Made by a program: the position numbers and the translations under genes. Under the pieces are notes generated by a model. The model ran no database searches. It was given only the letters and a program-made list of their open reading frames with translations, and was not told the DNA's origin. This document shows positions 58,269-64,000 of a stretch of 64,000 nt of DNA, one piece after another. The stretch comes from Acutalibacteraceae bacterium (GTDB lineage Bacteria > Bacillota > Clostridia > Oscillospirales > Acutalibacteraceae). Numbering within the stretch: the stretch's first letter is position 1; every line of letters starts with the position of its first letter. The stretch is from assembly GCA_045542535.1 (NCBI GenBank), contig JAZQLF010000027.1:14793-78792 (forward strand), in the 5' to 3' direction.

Positions 58269-59774
58269 TTATTCTTCATCTTCTTTTACTGTGTCAATAT
58301 CCTTTGGTCTGATTTTTTCATCTTCGTAACCATAGCCATATTTTTTATAGCCATAACCGTAACCCTTGTACCCATAGCCATAGCCATAATTCTTGTAGCC
58401 GTAGCCATAACCGTAACCACTTGTCCCGCCGATTGTTCCGTTAAGAACACAACCTAAAACTTTAATGTCGGTAGAAAGCAGGTTGTTAAGTGTGCTTTTG
58501 ATTTTTCCTATTCTGACTACATCTTGGTATATTATGTATATTGCTGCGTCTGCTGCCTGAGCAATAAACATCGCATCAGAAACCAGACCGCAAGGAGGTG
58601 TATCAACGAGTATATAATCAAACTTGTTTCTCAAATCGTCAAAAACACTTTTTGCAAAAGCAGTAGAAACATAACCATCCTTTTCATCATCTGAAAAAAC
58701 AAACCTTAAAAGTGAAATATTATATTTTTCTATATATGCAATTTCATATTTATCTGAAACAGTTTGATATTCAATCTCATCTACATCAATATCCAACAAT
58801 GGCGCAACACTCGGGTTTCTCAAATCTGCGTCCACAAGCAAAATGTTCTTTTTACGTTTCGCCATAGAAAGAGCAAGATTTGTTATTACCGTTGTTTTTC
58901 CTTCGCTGGGAGCGGTACTCGTAACAACCACAACTTTTTCATTATCTTCAAGACTGTTTATAACCACATTTCTGCAAACTCTGACAGATTCTGAAAAAGC
59001 CGAAGGAATTTTTTCATTTGTTATAAGCAAAGAGGTATCCGTTTTTTCTCCTATTTTTTTGAAGACAATTTTCGGAACAGTACCCAAAACTGTGTTGTTA
59101 AGTTCTGTTGTAATTTCGTCCTTTGTTCTGATAGTATTTCTGAATACTGCATATAAGAAAATCAAGACAACGCCAACCAACAAACCAAAAGTTGAACCGG
59201 TGATAAAATTCTTTTTAATTTCCTTGGAGTTTGAAGGATTTCTGGGAAAAACAGGAGCCGTAATCATATCCATTTTTATATTACCGATAACGTGCTTTGC
59301 AACGCTGGGGTAATTATCAATTACGGAAATCAGGGTATCGTAAGTCTTTTGGGGATCTTTTCCCACTGTGGTAAGTTTAAACATATTCGTCCCTTTAACC
59401 ACAGTTGCCGAAACAGAAGCCGGCATTCCTTCCACACCTAATTCGGTACAGACAATTTCCTGCAAAAGATTACTGCTGAGAATATGAGGAAAGGTGGAAG
59501 CAAGCTGTTCGGCAGTAGTTGTATCATAATGATAAGAATATTTAGAAAGCCCTGTATTTGCGCCGGAAACACTTTGCATACTAACAACAAAGGTTGCCGA
59601 AACACTGTATGTAGGACTGTAACTCAAAACACCCCTGACTGCAAGTCCGCCACCGAACAACACAGCCAAAGCTATACAAACCCACCAAAGCTTTTTTACA
59701 CCTTTGATAAAGTCGGTTAAATAAATTTTAAAATGAGCTTCAACCTTGTTTGAACTTTTTTGGTCTTTTACCAT
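58269..59774 (-). CDS. Fused Wzz-domain / BY-kinase (polysaccharide co-polymerase tyrosine autokinase), copy B
   Basis: Two TM segments flank an exoplasmic domain. Walker A is TSTAPSEGKTT, followed by DADLRNP and ILVDTPP. The tail has 14 Tyr. Confidence 0.85.
   Translation of the reverse strand: MVKDQKSSNKVEAHFKIYLTDFIKGVKKLWWVCIALAVLFGGGLAVRGVLSYSPTYSVSATFVVSMQSVSGANTGLSKYSYHYDTTTAEQLASTFPHILSSNLLQEIVCTELGVEGMPASVSATVVKGTNMFKLTTVGKDPQKTYDTLISVIDNYPSVAKHVIGNIKMDMITAPVFPRNPSNSKEIKKNFITGSTFGLLVGVVLIFLYAVFRNTIRTKDEITTELNNTVLGTVPKIVFKKIGEKTDTSLLITNEKIPSAFSESVRVCRNVVINSLEDNEKVVVVTSTAPSEGKTTVITNLALSMAKRKKNILLVDADLRNPSVAPLLDIDVDEIEYQTVSDKYEIAYIEKYNISLLRFVFSDDEKDGYVSTAFAKSVFDDLRNKFDYILVDTPPCGLVSDAMFIAQAADAAIYIIYQDVVRIGKIKSTLNNLLSTDIKVLGCVLNGTIGGTSGYGYGYGYKNYGYGYGYKGYGYGYKKYGYGYEDEKIRPKDIDTVKEDEE
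58323..58427 (-). repeat. Coding tandem repeat for the (GY)n-K tail
   Basis: It encodes GYGYGYGYKNYGYGYGYKGYGYGYKKYGYGY. The DNA shows reiterated GTAGCC/ATAGCC units. Confidence 0.85.
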
Positions 59775-59779
59775 AAAAC

Positions 59780-61267
59780 TTAATCCTCTGTTGTGTTTTT
59801 ATAATTTCCGTACTTACTGTATTTTGAATATTTACTGTACTTCCCATATTTACCGTATTTGTGGTAACCGTATTTATATCTTCCGTAGTGTCTGTAACCG
59901 CCTTCATCAATGCCCGACATACTGAAAAGAGTGAAATCAGGATAAACATCATTAAGAATACATCCAAAAATTTTTCCGCCTACATTGTTTATTGTTGTAA
60001 GTGTGTCATTAATAACAGCTGAAGAAACAACATCTGTACGAACAACAAGTATTGTTTCATCTGCAATTTCACTCATATCAGTAACAGTTGTATCTGCGGA
60101 AATGGGTGCAGTATCAATAATAACAAAATCCATACTCTCCCGAAGAAAGCCCATAAGCTTTTTGCATTTTTCGCCATGAAGCCACTCATGGTAATTTTTA
60201 TGGGGCATAGTATTAACGGCTAAATACAGTGAGCTTTTCTTAAAGCGTTTAATTTTCAATTCATTCGCAGATTCGTCTTTAAAATAATTTCCAAGTTCTG
60301 TTTGTTCGTTATATTTAACGCCGAAAATTTTATAAAGAGCAGGTTTTTTACCATCAAAATCGATAAGAGCTACCTTATGACCTCTTTCTGCAAGAGAAAC
60401 AGCAATATTAGAAGCAACTGTTGATTTACCTTCGTTTTCCGCAACGCTTGTAACTGCAAAAACTTTGCTTCTGTTGTTATGCTTTTCTCTCTCAAGCTTT
60501 GCAGCGATTGTGTGGAACTGCTCTGAAAATTTAAGACTTATAAACGCATTCCCTACTATAAGCAAAGATTTTTTCTTTTTGTTAAGTCGGTCTTCTATTG
60601 TCATTCTTTTATTTTCGTGAGGAACAACGCCCAAAAGCTTCGCGTCAATTCGATCTTCAAACGCCGCTACATTTTTCACAGTATCTCTTAAAACAGATAA
60701 AACCAAAATCGCAAATATCACAACAACCGCAATGGCGGAAATGATAATGTTTGTATTAGTACTTGAAACCGCATTAGTTGCATTTTTAGGAACCGTAGGC
60801 GGAGTCAGCACATTAATAACCGCATTTTCAAAAATATTATCTGAAATTTCGGGATAAACCACCAACACGGATTTCAAAAGGTCGTAGGCTGCCTGAGGAT
60901 CTCCGCTCGTAACGCTTATTCTCAAAAAGTTTGTTGATTCGAGAACACTTGCTGAAATTCTTCCGTTAAAATAATCATAGCCTGCGTGAGCTGCAGCACG
61001 TTCTTTCATAGCAGGTTCAATAAACACATTTGTGTAAATATCTGCCATTTCAGAAGAAGTTGAGAAATACGAAAAAGCACTATTTCCCGAACCCTTTGTG
61101 CTGACAACCAAGGTCGCGCTTGAAGTATATTCCGGCTCGTAAACAATGGTATCAACAATGTAAATTCCCATATAGCCAATGAGAACGCTGAGAACAACAA
61201 CCCAAAGATTTTTTATTAAATCTTTTAAAATACTGTGCCATTCAATTATAATTTTATTTCTATCCAT
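59780..61267 (-). CDS. Fused Wzz-domain / BY-kinase-like protein, copy A
   Basis: Same architecture as copy B. Walker A is TSVAENEGKST, followed by LIDFDGKKP and VIIDTAP. The tail has 12 Tyr. Confidence 0.8.
   Translation of the reverse strand: MDRNKIIIEWHSILKDLIKNLWVVVLSVLIGYMGIYIVDTIVYEPEYTSSATLVVSTKGSGNSAFSYFSTSSEMADIYTNVFIEPAMKERAAAHAGYDYFNGRISASVLESTNFLRISVTSGDPQAAYDLLKSVLVVYPEISDNIFENAVINVLTPPTVPKNATNAVSSTNTNIIISAIAVVVIFAILVLSVLRDTVKNVAAFEDRIDAKLLGVVPHENKRMTIEDRLNKKKKSLLIVGNAFISLKFSEQFHTIAAKLEREKHNNRSKVFAVTSVAENEGKSTVASNIAVSLAERGHKVALIDFDGKKPALYKIFGVKYNEQTELGNYFKDESANELKIKRFKKSSLYLAVNTMPHKNYHEWLHGEKCKKLMGFLRESMDFVIIDTAPISADTTVTDMSEIADETILVVRTDVVSSAVINDTLTTINNVGGKIFGCILNDVYPDFTLFSMSGIDEGGYRHYGRYKYGYHKYGKYGKYSKYSKYSKYGNYKNTTED
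59798..59896 (-). repeat. Coding tandem repeat for the K/Y-rich tail
   Basis: It encodes YRHYGRYKYGYHKYGKYGKYSKYSKYSKYGNYK. Confidence 0.85.
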
Positions 61268-61273
61268 AATTAA

Positions 61274-62089
61274 TTACCCAACAACCACAATAAGAACAGT
61301 GTGACCTTTGTTATCATTACGGTCTTCTGCGTAATAATGAACAAGGTAGGTACCCTCTTTTTTCATGTTAATTTTTGTTTCGATTGTTACATCGTCAGTA
61401 ATATCTCTTTCTTCGCTGTCAGTAGCGCTTACTAAATAATCTTCGAAATCTAATTTTTCGCCTTTATCGGCATAAATTAAATACTTCTTCAGCTTGATTT
61501 CAGGGGCTGCCTCGCTTCTGTCCTCAACAATAAGCGGAATGTCCAAAACAGCGGTATCGCCTTTTTCGGTGGTAACTCTTGCATTAATAGTGAAAACGCC
61601 TGTTACAGATTTTGTGTAGTCATCGCTGGTTAAAATCATATCGGATGTAATATCACCCACAATACTGTCTTTAACACTTATGGCCTTTTTTAGGTTCGGG
61701 GTTTCATATACAGAGTAGCAAAGAGCTTCACTCAATGAAAAACGGGGTGATTCATAATCCTTGTATCTTATTTTTCGGGTGGCGGTTGCAATATTGTTAT
61801 CATTATCGCAAACAGCATATGTAACTCGGCTTACACCCGGTTCAATAAATCTTGAAACAGATTCAATGATAATTTCACTTGTCAGGTCACCGTCTTTTTC
61901 GTCAAAGGCGGTGATGCCTTTTAAAAGCTCTTCATCTGTAGCTTTAAGGCTCACTTCAATTATTTCGCCTTCAACAGTTATTTGAGGAATAGTTGTGTCA
62001 GTTGTGATTTTTTCCCTGATAAAAATGAGAGAGAAGGCAATAAACGTAATTACAAAAAGCGTAAGAACACTACCACGCAAAATTCGCAT
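61274..62089 (-). CDS. N-terminally anchored protein with three Ig-like (DUF5011-like) repeats; first gene of the glycan operon
   Basis: A TM helix is followed by repeats carrying FDEKDGDLTSEI, VKDSIVGDITSDM and ATDSEERDITDDV. I chose the ATG at 62089 after AAAGAGG. The track start at 62119 is a TTG. Confidence 0.6.
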   Translation of the reverse strand: MRILRGSVLTLFVITFIAFSLIFIREKITTDTTIPQITVEGEIIEVSLKATDEELLKGITAFDEKDGDLTSEIIIESVSRFIEPGVSRVTYAVCDNDNNIATATRKIRYKDYESPRFSLSEALCYSVYETPNLKKAISVKDSIVGDITSDMILTSDDYTKSVTGVFTINARVTTEKGDTAVLDIPLIVEDRSEAAPEIKLKKYLIYADKGEKLDFEDYLVSATDSEERDITDDVTIETKINMKKEGTYLVHYYAEDRNDNKGHTVLIVVVG

Positions 62090-62301
62090 ATCCGAAACCT
62101 CTTTAGACTTTATATTCAATGGCAGTTTTTCCCTTAAAATAAGATAAAACTACCGCATTATTAACCATATTATATAATACTATAATATAGCAAAAAAATC
62201 AACAAATTACGACAAATTCGTCGCTTTGTGAAAACAAATAAAAAACATATTTTTACATTCTGTAAAATCATTCATATTTCTCGCATACAAGCACAAACAA
62301 A

Positions 62302-62331
62302 CCCCCGACTTGATTCGTTCAAGTCAGGGGT
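62302..62331 (-). terminator. Terminator after the small-peptide gene
   Basis: CCCCGACTTGA-TTCGT-TCAAGTCAGGGG stem (one internal mismatch), followed by a T-rich run on the minus strand. Confidence 0.7.
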
Positions 62332-62348
62332 TGTTATGCTTTATTTAA

Positions 62349-62582
62349 TTAAGAAAGGAAAGCTTTTTTTGCGCCCAAATCGACTGATGTGAACTTACAA
62401 AAAGATTCAACCCAAGGGTTACATCCTTCTTCACGGCCGAAATATTTTTGGATTTCTTCATTGGAAGCACCATCGAAAATAAGGTCTCTATCGTCTGCAG
62501 TAATTGCGCAACCGCTACCTGCAGCTAAAGCATTTACTCCTAAAGAGGCTACCATAAATGTGGGTTTTATATATTTATTCAT
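62349..62582 (-). CDS. Small exported Cys-containing protein (77 aa)
   Basis: Strong AAAGGAGGA RBS. The N-terminus MNKYIKPTFMVASLGVNALAAGSGC looks like a signal peptide. The predicted mature part has 3 Cys. Confidence 0.65.
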   Translation of the reverse strand: MNKYIKPTFMVASLGVNALAAGSGCAITADDRDLIFDGASNEEIQKYFGREEGCNPWVESFCKFTSVDLGAKKAFLS

Positions 62583-62595
62583 AATTAATCCTCCT

Positions 62596-64000
62596 TTAAG
62601 ATTTTACTGACACACCTAAAAGGTTGCTTATAAACTCAAACAACTTTTCAAGTAATGAGAATATAGATGTAATTCCATCCGGAACACCAGGATTTGTTGC
62701 GGTATTCTCAGCATTTTCTTTCTCAACATCTGTTTCAGATACAGATTCAGTTGCATCTTCAGTTGTATCATTTTCGTCAACCTCAGGTGTAACAGGTTCA
62801 ACAACATCCAGCACAGCGGCATTGTCGCCATAGATAATCTGATTGCTATTATTTATCTGGGCCGTAGATGTTAAAGTTCCGTTGATCAGTTTGAGGTTGT
62901 TAACTGCAAGAATACCCGTACCATCATTAGCAACTATAACGACTACTTCTCCCGTGGTACCAGAAACGGTTGCAGCAGAAGATACATCATAGTACATTTC
63001 CGTTGCACTTGATACAGTTTCAGACGATTCTTTAACAGTACCGTTTAATGTTGAGGTAATCGTTGCTTTTGCAGAACCTTGAACAGCCCTCATACCAAGC
63101 ATAATAGCGGCATCAGTACCGGCATATTTCGCATTGAATTTGAATGCAATTGCATCGCCTGATTTAAGGTAAATTTCACCTTTAGGACCACCCTGCTCGT
63201 TATAAGCATTAAAGTTCCATGCAGCATTAGCATAATCAAGCTTATTACCTTCAACATAAGCCATATTTTTATTGCTGTTTGCTGTATCCATTTCAAGTTC
63301 TTCGACGATATTATAATATGTCGGGTTCTGCTCAGCTTCGCTGTAATAACCATTACCACCATTTAAGGGGTTATAAATACGGATACCATCAATATAGTTA
63401 GTAAGAGTTGTAACTCCGCTTGAGAAATACTGTTTTGCAGATGCACTTGTTGCTGTGTTTTTGGTTTCTGTTGCTTTCGCACCTGAACCACCATTAAGAA
63501 TGGAATTGTCATCCATCCAGATTAATTTAACTTCGCAATCAACATCTTCAATACCAAGTTCTTCAAGCATAGCTGAATTTGCAACTGCAGAATTGGTTTG
63601 AACCTCTGTTCCATCTTCGGCAACAACAGAAGCGCTTGAGTTATAAACTTCAGCTGTTGCACTACTTTGCAATGCACCTGAACTATTGAGATAGAGGGCT
63701 GTTACTTCAACATAATATGTTCCGTAAGAATCTCTATGATTTAAAACAGGAACCTGATGAAGCAAGCCATTGGTCATAATACTTGTATCAGAAAAATATG
63801 TGTCAACTACATACATACCCATCAAAGTCTTTGTAGAACCTGATACACTGTATATTTTTACTCGCTGAACACCTGTGTTCGTACCGCAGGCAGAGATGAG
63901 GTCAAAGCCTGAACCAACGAACTCAAAGGTTGCAGTATCGCTCTTCTTGTTAGTTGAAGTAACATCTGCCTGAAGATATGTTCCGTTGGAGAAGCCTGTG
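62596..64000 (-). CDS. Large secreted/surface protein, C-terminal part (5' end outside window)
   Basis: I translated the frame by hand and it stays open to position 64000, so the track start at 63825 is an internal TTG. It is a T/S/N/A-rich beta-type sequence with an acidic linker and a C-terminal amphipathic/hydrophobic tail. Confidence 0.7.
   Translation of the reverse strand, partial: TGFSNGTYLQADVTSTNKKSDTATFEFVGSGFDLISACGTNTGVQRVKIYSVSGSTKTLMGMYVVDTYFSDTSIMTNGLLHQVPVLNHRDSYGTYYVEVTALYLNSSGALQSSATAEVYNSSASVVAEDGTEVQTNSAVANSAMLEELGIEDVDCEVKLIWMDDNSILNGGSGAKATETKNTATSASAKQYFSSGVTTLTNYIDGIRIYNPLNGGNGYYSEAEQNPTYYNIVEELEMDTANSNKNMAYVEGNKLDYANAAWNFNAYNEQGGPKGEIYLKSGDAIAFKFNAKYAGTDAAIMLGMRAVQGSAKATITSTLNGTVKESSETVSSATEMYYDVSSAATVSGTTGEVVVIVANDGTGILAVNNLKLINGTLTSTAQINNSNQIIYGDNAAVLDVVEPVTPEVDENDTTEDATESVSETDVEKENAENTATNPGVPDGITSIFSLLEKLFEFISNLLGVSVKS

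Noticed and set aside
58323-58427. Short tandem DNA repeats that could be mistaken for a CRISPR or minisatellite. A similar set lies at 59798-59896.
   Set aside because: They are in frame inside the BY-kinase genes and encode the Tyr-rich tails. The units are 6-12 nt with no spacers, so this is not a CRISPR array.
28000-64000. A prophage, ICE, IS element, restriction-modification system, CRISPR-Cas, toxin-antitoxin or other known defence system in the accessory half.
   Set aside because: I recognised no integrase, transposase, terminase, Cas, methyltransferase or nuclease motifs in any ORF. The accessory genes are secreted enzymes and glycan-biosynthesis genes. This is only a by-eye motif scan, not an HMM search.
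1-64000. tRNA, rRNA or riboswitch genes.
   Set aside because: I noticed no rRNA-like stretch and no T-loop consensus (GGTTCGAATCC-like). Intergenic regions are short and mostly explained by promoters and terminators. The leader of the amino-acid ABC operon (4214-4478) has paired CACTTTAGCG / CACTAAAGCG words, but I could not fit them to any known riboswitch or T-box by eye.

Overview
This is a low-GC Firmicutes (Clostridia-type) chromosomal segment. Dockerin-like modules and the gene order suggest a Ruminococcus/Oscillospiraceae-like gut anaerobe, but that is inference only.

- **1-28 kb, housekeeping.** It holds the mfd 3' end, a TSCPD protein, an MTA/SAH nucleosidase-family gene, a polar amino-acid ABC importer and a TPR + DUF4037-like pair. 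It also holds a secreted metallophosphoesterase, murD and a PAS-GGDEF cyclase. Next comes a mixed plus-strand operon: SufC/SufBD-like, rhamnulokinase-like, a polytopic membrane protein, GH130 and MATE. After that come hup, mazG, a MOP flippase and a uridine-kinase-like gene, then the conserved recJ-relA-dtd-MBL-hemZ block.
- **28-36 kb, accessory.** It holds an alpha/beta hydrolase, an orphan membrane protein, a 1.18k-aa secreted multidomain enzyme (unknown N-domain, GLUG repeats, two internal dockerin-like modules, C-terminal esterase) and a lipase-like secreted protein.
- **36.1-62.1 kb, the stand-out.** One visibly more AT-rich block of 23 minus-strand genes forms a glycan locus. It has 12 glycosyltransferases and an initiating phosphoglycosyl transferase, and it mixes hallmarks of two pathways. 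Two tandem fused Wzz/BY-kinases and a Wzy_C membrane protein sit alongside a Wzm/Wzt ABC exporter. No Wzx flippase and no nucleotide-sugar genes are present. The locus ends in an uncharacterised nucleotidyltransferase that is convergent with an orphan PqqD-like (RiPP-recognition-element) gene.
- **62.3-64 kb.** A strongly expressed small Cys-containing exported peptide lies downstream of a large secreted protein that runs off the window.

I recognised no rRNA, tRNA, CRISPR, IS, integrase or classical defence genes. All family assignments come from motif reading by eye, with no searches run. Coordinates of non-ORF features are hand-counted and may be off by 1-2 nt.
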